DNA of 64,000 bases from Desulfurococcaceae archaeon (GTDB lineage: Archaea; Thermoproteota; Thermoprotei_A; Sulfolobales; Desulfurococcaceae): contig JAWAJB010000003.1 in NCBI GenBank assembly GCA_038888155.1, forward strand, positions 64,001-128,000, given 5' to 3'. Under the pieces are notes generated by a model, which did not search any database, was not told where the DNA came from, and saw only the letters and a list, made by a program, of their open reading frames with translations. The stretch's first letter is position 1. Each line of letters begins with the position of its first letter. Position numbers and translations under genes: made by a program. Shown one piece after another: positions 27,841 through 37,166 of the stretch.

Positions 27841-28374
27841 TTGCCTACAACATCTCAAGGCCTAGAGGTAGGGGCAAAGCTACTTAAGAACGCTGCGCTA
27901 AACATTGAGAGCTACGTGCTCAAGTCCCCAAAGGGCAAGCTCGACGAAAAGACCCTAAGCGTTGTTTCAAGGCTTAAGGAGCTTTTAGAGAGACTAGCAA
28001 ACGCCCTCGAGGCTGTAGCCAAGGCGGTCGGCTCAACGGATCGCGATATTGTAGCTTTATCTCAGTACACTTATGTCTACAGGACAAACAGCCGGGTAGT
28101 ATTAACTAGGAATAAGCCCGAGTACGTAGCCCTATCTTACGATGCACAGGACAACGCCGTTTCGCTAAAGGTGAGAGACACAAACTTGACTTTATCGCAG
28201 AAATCTATATCTGTGTCTTACAGGGGCATATCTGCTACCGTAGATGCTTATAGCGCAGATCAATTGAAGGAGAGAAGAGACGAGCTTAGAGTTGCGCTAA
28301 ACGCACTAGAGAGAACTGCCTACGGGAGACTTATACCATTTCTAGAGCAAAAGGTAATTAAAAAGGCACTCTAA
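27841..28374 (+). CDS. hypothetical protein
   Basis: 177 aa, GGTGAG RBS before TTG. Confidence 0.7.
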   Translation: MPTTSQGLEVGAKLLKNAALNIESYVLKSPKGKLDEKTLSVVSRLKELLERLANALEAVAKAVGSTDRDIVALSQYTYVYRTNSRVVLTRNKPEYVALSYDAQDNAVSLKVRDTNLTLSQKSISVSYRGISATVDAYSADQLKERRDELRVALNALERTAYGRLIPFLEQKVIKKAL

Positions 28375-28450
28375 AAGCGCTTGATGAAGCACAATGCACT
28401 ACTCTAGTGAAAAAACATAATGTCGACACAGTCCCTTATTCTTGCTGCAC

Positions 28451-29089
28451 TTAAACACTGCTCTTTGCCTGCTCTGCCTCCGGTATTGATATGCCCTTGG
28501 GGAGCTCTGCAAACTTCTCCCGCATCTTCTGCTCGGCCACAATTTTAGCTTCTTCTAATACCTTCTTTGCCTCCCCATCTAAGCCTACGCCAGTGTCAAC
28601 TGTTAAGTCTACAATTCCGCTTCCTATAGCAGACTCAAGCTCTCTCGTGGCCACCTGCAGGTCTATCCACACGTCAGGCGCCACATTTTTGACTATACCG
28701 AGAGCCTCCCTCATTATGCCTAACACGGGCGCTACTTCGTTGACAGCACCGCCGTAAATTATGAACGTCTCTAGCTTTAGCGCAGCGTGCTCGAGCGCGT
28801 ACTGAACTGTTAGTAGCTGTTTGCTGATCTTCCTGATCTCGGCAACTTCCTTAGCGTACATCCTCGCCCTTACTTCATCTTTTTTGATCATAGCGTCTAC
28901 AATATTCTCAAACAGCGACTTATCTCTCTCAGAGAGCTTCTCAATGTAGTTCCCTATTCTGCCCATAGCAGTTTTTAGCCTGTACTGAGCAATTATAGCT
29001 CTCTTCTCTAGGGACTCCTGCTCGTTTGTGAAAATTTTCTTTATCTTATCACCAATTGTCTCCTCTCTCTTAAGGCCACTCCACGTCAT
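28451..29089 (-). CDS. cdvB: ESCRT-III/Snf7 protein, CdvB1/B2-type paralog
   Basis: RDKSLFE, RARMYAKEVAEIRK, ALKLET, EAKKVLEEAK..AEQK. Confidence 0.9.
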   Translation of the reverse strand: MTWSGLKREETIGDKIKKIFTNEQESLEKRAIIAQYRLKTAMGRIGNYIEKLSERDKSLFENIVDAMIKKDEVRARMYAKEVAEIRKISKQLLTVQYALEHAALKLETFIIYGGAVNEVAPVLGIMREALGIVKNVAPDVWIDLQVATRELESAIGSGIVDLTVDTGVGLDGEAKKVLEEAKIVAEQKMREKFAELPKGISIPEAEQAKSSV

Positions 29090-29177
29090 ATTACACGCCT
29101 CCAGCCCGGTAATGCTGAAAGATAGCTTTTAAAGCCCTAGGAGTATCTTGTCTTAAGTAGATGCGCTCAGGTGCATA

Positions 29178-29459
29178 TTGTTGAGCCTTGATCAATACAT
29201 TGTTTGCTCTGAGAGCTGCTCATTAAGGTACTTGGAGTCGTTAGCAATGGTAGGTCTTGCCTCAGGGGCGCGAGTAGAGCAGTGCGACAACGCCGGCTTT
29301 GCAAAATTACTCCTAGAGCTTTTCAACGGGTTCACTGTTTCCTCTTCCTGCTCACTAAAGCAAGAGGTCGAGCAGTCCTTAAAGATAGTGAAGACGTATA
29401 TCGAGTTCGCCAGTAGAAGTGGAGCGCTCGGAAAGCTCAAGGTTATAGAGGCGCCCTAA
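29178..29459 (+). CDS. hypothetical protein
   Basis: 93 aa, AGGTG RBS before TTG. Confidence 0.55.
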   Translation: MLSLDQYIVCSESCSLRYLESLAMVGLASGARVEQCDNAGFAKLLLELFNGFTVSSSCSLKQEVEQSLKIVKTYIEFASRSGALGKLKVIEAP

Positions 29460-29510
29460 AGTTAGCTCTGCTATAAAGTATAATAGTGTCAAAGCTCTTG
29501 AATTAAACTG

Positions 29511-29562
29511 TAGTGATGAGCGGTATTACCAGTGATTAGTGAACGAACCTGACGCGCTGATT
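29511..29562 (+). ncRNA. C/D box sRNA
   Basis: GTGATGA-gcggtattacca-GTGA-tta-GTGAAC(G)-aacctgacgcg-CTGA; TATA-like element upstream. Confidence 0.75.
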
Positions 29563-29620
29563 CTGCTCCCCGCTCCCGCCTAGTGGCTGATGCATTTTGA
29601 GGCGAATGGGGGCAGAGCGA
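29562..29620 (+). ncRNA. possible H/ACA-like hairpin with K-loop
   Basis: TCTGCTCCC/GGGGGCAGA lower stem, CGCCT/AGGCG upper stem, apical CTGATG..TTGA; no perfect ACA. Confidence 0.35.
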
Positions 29621-29738
29621 GCTCAGGGGATCAAGAGGTTACCCCCTAAAGCAAGTTTTCCCCGTAATGTCAACCCGCCGAACAAGGAAGTGCTACTCTT
29701 TGTTACTAGCAAAATGATGTGCACTAAGCGCACTTAGC

Positions 29739-30353
29739 TCACTTAAAGCCAGCTTCCGCAGTTCCTCTAACTGCTTTCTCCACTGCTCTAGCTCCCGAGA
29801 AGTCAACTCCTATGCTTATATTTACATGATGTTTTAATGCCTCCATTTGATCAATCGAGTCCCTATTAAGCACTGCGATAACCCCAGTAGCATCTAAAGA
29901 GAGTGGAAGGGAACCCAAGTTCAACAAGTACAAGCCTATTTCCATGGCGATCCTCACCCTGCGCGCAATATCTACTAGGATATCCGTCTCAGGCTTCCCT
30001 ATTGGGGTGAAATAACCTATGAAGTACTCCTTCTCTGCCCCCTCCTCGTAATAAAAATCCGCTTTGTTGGCGAGCTTAGAGAACTTGATAGCAGTGTAAA
30101 TAGGGTTTTCGTGCGTAATTGAGGCGACGAGTATTTTCACGGATGGGTATTTACTGCTCAATTGGCTGTACAAATTGTAGTGAAGTTCTCTGCCGAGCCC
30201 GTTAGATAGTATGAGATAAGTATTTCGCGTTATATGGTATAGGGGGTAGCTAGGTGCTACGAGCTGCTTAATTCGATCGTGCAGATCTTTAGGCTCGTCA
30301 TTAGCCGCTTGTTCAAAGCCGCCGTTAAAAGCTATAAACGTGAACCTGCTCAT
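29739..30353 (-). CDS. degenerate GTP cyclohydrolase III (IIa)-like protein
   Basis: TRNTYLILSNGL, KYP..ILVAS..ENP, ISIGVDFSGARA resemble recalled Gch3 segments; DN motifs absent. Confidence 0.5.
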   Translation of the reverse strand: MSRFTFIAFNGGFEQAANDEPKDLHDRIKQLVAPSYPLYHITRNTYLILSNGLGRELHYNLYSQLSSKYPSVKILVASITHENPIYTAIKFSKLANKADFYYEEGAEKEYFIGYFTPIGKPETDILVDIARRVRIAMEIGLYLLNLGSLPLSLDATGVIAVLNRDSIDQMEALKHHVNISIGVDFSGARAVEKAVRGTAEAGFK

Positions 30354-30424
30354 AGAGACTCCAACTAAAATATATTCTTGTGAGAAGCATATTAACTAGT
30401 GAAGTACTAGCTAACGTGATTTCG

Positions 30425-32245
30425 ATGGGCGGTATATTCGCTGTAGTATGTCGGGAAGCAATACCTAGAGGAGTTATATACGAAGGCCTCAGGCGCCTAA
30501 TATACAGGGGTTACGATGGCGCAGGAGTAGCTTTTCTGCGCGAAAAAGACATAGAGGTGAGGAAAGCGCCAGGACACTTTTTAAATGTCTCAAAACAAGT
30601 AGACTTCGTAAATATAGATTCCTCTATCGCGGTTGGGCACACTAGGTATGCTAGTCGCGGGTGGCCCGTGCACGAAAACACCCACCCTCTCCAGGATTGC
30701 AGTGGAAAGATAGCTGTCGTAGGGGACGGCATAGTAGATAATTACGAGGAAGTTAAACTCGAGCTCGAGAAGAAAGCTCACGCATTTAAGTCGAGAACGG
30801 ACACAGAGGTATCTGCCCACCTTTTCGAGGAGTACATAGAGGCTGGAATGAATCCAGTGGATGCCTTGATTCAGGTAGCAGTTAAGCTTACTGGGAACTA
30901 CGCACTGGTGCTCTTAAAGGCCCCCGATAAATCGCTCTACATCATACAGCACGGCCAGCCGCTCATCATAGCTTACAACCAGGACAGAAGCTGCGTGTAC
31001 GTTTCAAGCGATCTCCCGTCTCTGTACGGATACGCTGAAGTTGCCTACATTACCGAGGATAACACAGTAGGGGCTGTATCCCTGGACTCAGTGAATTTAC
31101 TTAACGCTATGACTCGAACACCAGTTGATTTAAACGCGCTACAATCTAAGCGCTTAAAGTACAGCGTTGAATACATTGAGAAAGGGGGCTACCCCCATTT
31201 TATGATCAAGGAAATACACGAGGTTCCTGATGGACTTGTTGGGGCTACGCTTGCTGTAATGGAGAAGTACCTCCGCTTAGCCTCAATGATTATTCACGGC
31301 GCAAAGAGAGTGTTTGTAATAGGCACAGGCACGAGCTTGAACGCTGCGCTTACAGCTACTTATTACTTCGGCGAGCTTGCAGGCATAGGTATAGCCCCTG
31401 TTTCAGCCGCTGAGTTCCCCTACTCTACTTTGGAGAGCGTAGAGACTGGTACAGTAATTTTAGCTATAAGCCAAAGCGGTGAAACTTCAGACGTCATAAC
31501 CAGCGTTAAAATGGCTAAGCAGCGGGGCGCTGTAATTATTGGCGTTACCAATAATGTAGGCTCAAGGTTAGCGCTCGAGTCAAACGTGTATTTACCCGTT
31601 GGCGCAGGGCCAGAAATGGCTGTACCAGCCACTAAGACATACACATCTACTCTCGCAGTTTTGCTAATACTATCTTCTTACACTGGAATATTTACCGGAA
31701 GGCGATCTCCACAAGAACACAGGGACCTCATCGAGGAAATAAGGAATTACAGCAGGATGCTTAAGGAGAGGATACCTCACATTGAACATTATGCGTCGAG
31801 GTTTGCAGATAGCATTAAAGAGGCGTCCAGCACGTACGTAGTAAGTAGCGGTATAACTTACCCAGTTGCTGTTGAAGGCGCACTGAAGCTCAAAGAAGCT
31901 GCGCTCGTACATGCTGAGGGAATGCAGCTTGGAGAACTAAGGCACGGCCCGCTGTCGATTATCATGCCTGGTTTCCCCGTCATCCTAATAGAGCCCTTTG
32001 AGGAGCGAGCAAAGCAACTCTACTTTAGGGTTATGAGCGAGCTCGAGACGAGGAGAGCGCGCATAATTTCACTAGATTCGGAGCTTAGAACGAGGCACTA
32101 CTCAATAGAGCTACCTCATTCAACTAGGTACCTTTACCCGCTGGCTGCAGCTGTAGTGCTACAGCTACTAGCCTATTACCTTGGAGTCGCAAAGGGTTTG
32201 CCAGTCGATACTCCTCCTGGGCTGGCGAAAACGATAACAACTTAG
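30425..32245 (+). CDS. glmS: GlmS-type glucosamine-6-phosphate synthase with non-canonical glutaminase domain
   Basis: YRGYDGAG, SQSGET, VPATKTY, EGALKLKE, ELRHGP, LAKTITT; begins MGGIF instead of MCGI. Confidence 0.93.
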   Translation: MGGIFAVVCREAIPRGVIYEGLRRLIYRGYDGAGVAFLREKDIEVRKAPGHFLNVSKQVDFVNIDSSIAVGHTRYASRGWPVHENTHPLQDCSGKIAVVGDGIVDNYEEVKLELEKKAHAFKSRTDTEVSAHLFEEYIEAGMNPVDALIQVAVKLTGNYALVLLKAPDKSLYIIQHGQPLIIAYNQDRSCVYVSSDLPSLYGYAEVAYITEDNTVGAVSLDSVNLLNAMTRTPVDLNALQSKRLKYSVEYIEKGGYPHFMIKEIHEVPDGLVGATLAVMEKYLRLASMIIHGAKRVFVIGTGTSLNAALTATYYFGELAGIGIAPVSAAEFPYSTLESVETGTVILAISQSGETSDVITSVKMAKQRGAVIIGVTNNVGSRLALESNVYLPVGAGPEMAVPATKTYTSTLAVLLILSSYTGIFTGRRSPQEHRDLIEEIRNYSRMLKERIPHIEHYASRFADSIKEASSTYVVSSGITYPVAVEGALKLKEAALVHAEGMQLGELRHGPLSIIMPGFPVILIEPFEERAKQLYFRVMSELETRRARIISLDSELRTRHYSIELPHSTRYLYPLAAAVVLQLLAYYLGVAKGLPVDTPPGLAKTITT

Positions 32246-32370
32246 TTGGGCAATAGAGTACGTAAGCTGTTGTTTAATCCAACTCAATACAGAGCATAAA
32301 ATTACGGCTAGGAGCTCTGGGGAGTTATCGCGAGTTTTACGCGGGCTTTGAGGTCAATGTAGATCTACAT

Positions 32371-33036
32371 CTACTGTGAAAAACGAATGCCCATCTCCCT
32401 TAGGATGCTGACAGAGGTTACAGCTGGGTCTTTCGAAGAAGTTATAGCTGAACCCACAACTACTACATCAATTCCTTGGCTGACAATAGGCCCTATAGTG
32501 CCTGGTTTAAGCCCTCCTGCAACGCCCACTCTAACGCCTAGCTCCTCCTTTGCCCTGATCGCCTCTTTAACTAGCTCTTCCCCAGTTACCCCCCTATACC
32601 TCTGCGAGCTGATGCCTACGTGAAATAGAATTATGTCTGGTTCGTACCTAGCTACTTCAACCGCCCTCTTGTACGGCTCTCTCTGGCCTATTAAATCTAG
32701 AACGAGTCCTTTTCCGTACTGCTTCTTTGTCTCAAGTGCTTCCCTCAATGTGTCATCGTCGGCTACTGCTAAAACGGTGAATGCATCTGCTCCAGCTTCA
32801 AGGACTATTTTAGCCTCAGCTCTAGGTACGTCCATTGTTTTTGTATCTGCGACTAGGTAGCACTTAGTTAGCTCTTTCAGGGCTTTCACTGCGAGCTTTC
32901 CCCAAGCCTTTAGTAGGGGGGTTCCAACCTCAATCCACGTGTGATCACAGTTTGTTGCTACTGCTACTTTGGATGCTACATCTACTGCCTTAACTAGGTC
33001 CTCGAGGTCTAAAGCCACCTGTAGCACGGGGTACAT
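32371..33036 (-). CDS. hps: 3-hexulose-6-phosphate synthase (OMPDC/HUMPS family)
   Basis: LQVALD, IEVGTPLLK, VADTKTMD, HVGI, VAGGL, VGSAIT. Confidence 0.88.
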   Translation of the reverse strand: MYPVLQVALDLEDLVKAVDVASKVAVATNCDHTWIEVGTPLLKAWGKLAVKALKELTKCYLVADTKTMDVPRAEAKIVLEAGADAFTVLAVADDDTLREALETKKQYGKGLVLDLIGQREPYKRAVEVARYEPDIILFHVGISSQRYRGVTGEELVKEAIRAKEELGVRVGVAGGLKPGTIGPIVSQGIDVVVVGSAITSSKDPAVTSVSILREMGIRFSQ

Positions 33037-33114
33037 ATTATTTAACCCAATTATACTCAATGTAAACGAGCTTATTTTATCCTTCTTTCACTACGTGAAA
33101 ATGGATGTTAGCGC

Positions 33115-33855
33115 ATGGAGGCGGGCATCGACGTTAAACGCGTGAAAGAGAGGATAAGAGAGAGAATTTGGAGCCTCCTCGAGCAGACCAACGCTGCAGC
33201 GTTTCCTAGGCCCGTTACAGGCAGAATACCTAACTTCAAGGGTGCTGATAGAGCCGCTGAGCAAATAGCCACACTAAGGGAGTGGCAGTCAGCTGAAGTA
33301 ATAAAGGCCAACCCAGACTCGCCTCAGTACTACCTTAGGCTAAAGGCCCTTCTTGAGGGTAAGCTAGTTGTTATGGCCTCACCTAAGCTCCAAAGCGGCT
33401 TTATCCTGGTAAACCCATTTAAAATACCTCGTGATAAGTACTCGCGCGCTGCAACAATCAGCGGCTCATTTAAGTACGGGGGCTTTGTCAAGCTACAGGA
33501 GATACCAAAAATAGATGTAGTGGTAACAGGATGTGTAGCTGTAGATAGGCGGGGCACGAGGCTAGGTAAAGGCGGCGGCTTCTCTGAGCTCGAGTACGGC
33601 ATATTGAAGGAGCTTAGGTTAGTGGACGAGGGCACGCCCATTTTAACTACTGTTCACGATCTACAGGTTGTCGAAGACACAGTCCCCATTGAGGTGCACG
33701 ACCTCACAGTGGATTTCTACGCTACGCCGACGCGCCTAGTGAAAACATCGGGTGGAAAGTACAGGCCGCAGGGCGTTTACTGGGAGCTTCTAACCCCCTC
33801 GCTAAGGAGCCTAGGAGTTATAAGGGAGCTTATTGCCCTACGGGGATATAAATAA
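33115..33855 (+). CDS. 5-formyltetrahydrofolate cyclo-ligase family protein (archaeal paralog)
   Basis: GRIPNFKGA, NPDSPQ, RLGKGGGFSELEY, TTVHDLQV. Confidence 0.9.
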   Translation: MEAGIDVKRVKERIRERIWSLLEQTNAAAFPRPVTGRIPNFKGADRAAEQIATLREWQSAEVIKANPDSPQYYLRLKALLEGKLVVMASPKLQSGFILVNPFKIPRDKYSRAATISGSFKYGGFVKLQEIPKIDVVVTGCVAVDRRGTRLGKGGGFSELEYGILKELRLVDEGTPILTTVHDLQVVEDTVPIEVHDLTVDFYATPTRLVKTSGGKYRPQGVYWELLTPSLRSLGVIRELIALRGYK

Positions 33856-33898
33856 AAAAGTACGCCTAGGAGTATAATGCAGTGATTGGTCGATAAAA

Positions 33899-34987
33899 AT
33901 GAATATTGAGAGCTTGCTAGATCTAACTGTGGGACTTGTAAATAAGCGCCTCAAAGAGCTTTTCAGCGAGATGTACGGGGAGATCTCAGCAGAGGCCCCT
34001 CACGCTCGAGACCTAGCTGGCGTAACCGAGGACTACACGCTTCGAGGCGGTAAGAGGCTTAGAGCTATGCTAGTTTTAATTGGATACTGGAGCAAGCACT
34101 GGGGCACCGACGTAAAACAGGTGTTAGACGTAATGGCTGCAGTAGAGCTACTTCAGAGCTACTTGCTAATACACGACGATATAATGGATAGGGACGAGAT
34201 GAGAAGAGGGGGTCCAACGGCTCACGTATCCTTTGCTAGGATCTGTAGCCAGAAGCAGTGGAAGGACTGCAATCACTACGGAGTTTCGCAGGCTATAGTG
34301 GCGGGAGACCTGTTAGAGGCCTTCGCGGTCAGGTCGCTGTCATCGATAAGGGCTAGCGGAGATCTTTTAAACGACTTGATCTCAACGTACTCAAAGGGGC
34401 TGCGTAGAGTTGCCTACGGCCAGTTCCTCGACGTAGTGTACTCGCAGCTTCCTCTAGGTGAAGTCCACGAAGAGGACGTTGTGCTCGTTTACAAGCTGAA
34501 GACATCCTCCTATACTGTAGAGTTGCCGCTACATCTTGGGTCGATTGCCTCGGGCAAGTACAGTGCTAAGTTGCTCGGGGATTTGACCAACTACGCAGTG
34601 CCTGCAGGCATAGCATTTCAGATAAGGGACGACATCATAGGCCTTTTCGGAGATCCAAGCGTGACGGGCAAACCAGTAGGCAGCGATATTAAAAGCAAGA
34701 AGAAGACGCTACCAGTAGTCAAAGCGCACGAGCTTTCAAGCGATAGCGATAAGAAGATGCTCGAGCTTGTGTACAATACGTTGCAGGAAGATGAAGTAAG
34801 CAACGAACACGTCGAGGAAGTTAGGAGAATAGTTCGCGACTCGGGAGGCTTGAAGTATAGCGAGGAAATGATTAAGATTTATCTGAATAACGCAAAGGAT
34901 GCCCTAGAGTCTTCAAGTGAGCTCTGCGAAGAAGCTAAAGAGGCCCTTAAAGTGCTCGCAGATAGGTTATCCTACAGGGATAAGTAA
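33899..34987 (+). CDS. polyprenyl (geranylgeranyl) diphosphate synthase
   Basis: GGKRLR, LIHDDIMD..RRG, GQFLD, FQIRDDIIG. Confidence 0.95.
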   Translation: MNIESLLDLTVGLVNKRLKELFSEMYGEISAEAPHARDLAGVTEDYTLRGGKRLRAMLVLIGYWSKHWGTDVKQVLDVMAAVELLQSYLLIHDDIMDRDEMRRGGPTAHVSFARICSQKQWKDCNHYGVSQAIVAGDLLEAFAVRSLSSIRASGDLLNDLISTYSKGLRRVAYGQFLDVVYSQLPLGEVHEEDVVLVYKLKTSSYTVELPLHLGSIASGKYSAKLLGDLTNYAVPAGIAFQIRDDIIGLFGDPSVTGKPVGSDIKSKKKTLPVVKAHELSSDSDKKMLELVYNTLQEDEVSNEHVEEVRRIVRDSGGLKYSEEMIKIYLNNAKDALESSSELCEEAKEALKVLADRLSYRDK

Positions 34988-35024
34988 AGCAAAAGAATTT
35001 GTCCAGAAACAGCCAAGTCGAGCT

Positions 35025-35303
35025 TTACTCTCCCCTTTCTATGTGGTGATCAACGCATACTTTTTCTTCGTTGTTATCTATTTCCCTCAGGGGCGGTATG
35101 TTAGGCGTCCTCAGCAGCCCGACTCCAATTATTAAGAATATCGATATAAATATGAGGAACATTACAAAAACAGTGAGTTTAAGTGTTAGGCTTTGAATTT
35201 CAGGAGCGGAGAAAAACAAAAGATATACGTACAGCTTTAGAACAATTATTGACACCAATACGCTTAAAAACCCTGCTAGCATTCTGCGACTCAACTGCTT
35301 CAC
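35025..35303 (-). CDS. small membrane protein
   Basis: Two hydrophobic helices. Confidence 0.6.
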   Translation of the reverse strand: MKQLSRRMLAGFLSVLVSIIVLKLYVYLLFFSAPEIQSLTLKLTVFVMFLIFISIFLIIGVGLLRTPNIPPLREIDNNEEKVCVDHHIERGE

Positions 35304-35398
35304 CGTAGAGATTAACTCCTCGTTTAGTTACTGTAGCCTGTTACTATTCACATTTAACCTACGCTTTGCATTAATATTTTAGTGTCGCGGTTAATAAA

Positions 35399-35644
35399 AT
35401 GGGTAGGAGGAAAGGAGCAATAGAGGAGTGGCTAAAAAAGGTTTTCTTTAGTGGGCACAAAGAGCAATATATTGTCTTTGTAAAGCACAGATCGGACGGC
35501 GAAGAGACCTTAAAGCCCATTCCAGGCGATTTAATTGAGGATGTAAGAGGGGGCTGTATCTTTATTGGAGATGAGGTAATACCGTATCACAGAGTAGTGG
35601 AGATTAGGACAAAAAAAGGAGCTGTTATTTATAGAAGAGGTTAG
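35399..35644 (+). CDS. DUF504/MJ1316-like protein
   Basis: VKHR...IPYHRVVEIR...IYRR. Confidence 0.8.
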   Translation: MGRRKGAIEEWLKKVFFSGHKEQYIVFVKHRSDGEETLKPIPGDLIEDVRGGCIFIGDEVIPYHRVVEIRTKKGAVIYRRG

Positions 35645-36921
35645 ATCCAGCCGCGCAGCTTCATAGCCTTAACTACTCTATCCACAGCAATAGCGTAGGC
35701 AGCTGTCCTCATTGGGTACTTTGATAGCCTCTTCTGCCAGTCGTCGAAAACTCTGTGGAAGTTGTTAGACATCATTTTGTCCAACCTTGCAAGGGCCTCA
35801 TCGTCTGTTAACCAGCATCCCATCTTGTTGTGGCTCCACTCTATCCAGCTCATTGTAACGCCTCCAGCGTTAGCCAGTATATCTGGTATAACTACTGTTC
35901 CCTTTTCATGTAATATCTGATCTGCATCTGGGGTTGTCGGTCCATTAGCACCCTCTGCTATGATCTTTGCCTTTACCCTAGGCGCGTTCTGCGCCGTGAT
36001 AACATTCTCAATAGCTGCTGGCACTAGAATATCAACGGGGATTTCAAGTAGCTCCATGTGGTTGCCGAAGGCCTTAACGTCACCCTTCTTGTAGCTTGTT
36101 ACGCTGTCAGTTGCCTGTTTGACCTTCATAGCTTCATCTACATCAATCCCCTTGGGGTCGTATATGTAGCCTTTGCTATCGCTTACTGCTACTACGGTAG
36201 CTCCCCACTCCGCTAGGTACTTAGCTGCATATGAGCCTACGTTGCCAAAGCCGTGCACTGCAACTGTTCTACCCTCTAGCCCTCCGAAAACCTTTTTAGC
36301 TGCCTCTCTAGCCGCTAACGCAACGCCGTATCCAGTTGAGATAACTCTTGCGCGTAGTCCTCCAATGTCGGCTGGTTTAGCTGTTACTACGCCCCAAGCT
36401 GGGTATCCGACTATTTTGCTGTATTCATCAAAGTACCACGCCATTGTCTGTGGGTTTGTATACACGTCTGGTGCAGGTATATCGAGGTTTTCGCCTACCT
36501 CGCGGGCTATTCCCGCGAAGTACTTTCTGCTGAGATCCTCTATCTCTCTAGCGCTGAGCTCTTTGGGGTTAACTCTTACACCTCCCTTGCCTCCACCATA
36601 AGGTAGGCCTGCTAGGGCGTTTTTCCAAGTCATCCACATCGATAGAGCAACGGTTTCTCCAGCAGTTACGTTCTCGCCGTACCTCACTCCTCCCTTGTAG
36701 GGGCCTAGCGCGCTGTTGTGTTGGCTTCTCCAGCCAAGGTAAGTAGCAATTTTTCCATTGTCGCGCTTGATAGTTATCTTCACTTGTACTAGCTTCTCAG
36801 GATGGGATAAGACCTCAACTACTTCGTCCGACAGCCCAAGGATGCTGGCGAACTCGCGTAGTTGTTTTACTGCCATTTGATAAACTGGGTCTTTTTCATA
36901 CGAGTATCCATGTTCAGACAT
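35641..36921 (-). CDS. gdhA: glutamate dehydrogenase
   Basis: GPYKGGVR, LPYGGGKGG, DIPAPDV, GFGNVG, EGANGP, PDILANAGGV; start reset to ATG 36921. Confidence 0.97.
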   Translation of the reverse strand: MSEHGYSYEKDPVYQMAVKQLREFASILGLSDEVVEVLSHPEKLVQVKITIKRDNGKIATYLGWRSQHNSALGPYKGGVRYGENVTAGETVALSMWMTWKNALAGLPYGGGKGGVRVNPKELSAREIEDLSRKYFAGIAREVGENLDIPAPDVYTNPQTMAWYFDEYSKIVGYPAWGVVTAKPADIGGLRARVISTGYGVALAAREAAKKVFGGLEGRTVAVHGFGNVGSYAAKYLAEWGATVVAVSDSKGYIYDPKGIDVDEAMKVKQATDSVTSYKKGDVKAFGNHMELLEIPVDILVPAAIENVITAQNAPRVKAKIIAEGANGPTTPDADQILHEKGTVVIPDILANAGGVTMSWIEWSHNKMGCWLTDDEALARLDKMMSNNFHRVFDDWQKRLSKYPMRTAAYAIAVDRVVKAMKLRGWI

Positions 36922-37062
36922 AGCACTTCCCTTTACTATATATGGCAACCGGGTTTAAAAACATGCTTTAGTTATACAGTTATATATATATGATAACCTC
37001 AATCAAATGATAAATTACAGATTTTATTGCAAAGTATATAGACATATATAGATATTTATGCA

Positions 37063-37120
37063 TATCAGCCCTCACACGGCTCCTCACAGTAGCCCTCGGA
37101 ACCGAAGTCGCTCATCACCG
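37063..37120 (-). ncRNA. C/D box sRNA
   Basis: GTGATGA-gcgacttcggtt-CCGA-gggctact-GTGAGGA-gccgtgtgaggg-CTGA. Confidence 0.82.
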
Positions 37121-37166
37121 TAAAGGTAATATATTGGTATCCTTTAATATTTATCGTGGTGTCTCG

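Noticed and set aside
28378-28450. C/D sRNA starting at TTGATGA
   Set aside because: No properly spaced D'/D boxes
28451-29089. Lone ESCRT-III gene as a new system
   Set aside because: CdvB paralogs outside the cdvABC operon are well known in Crenarchaeota
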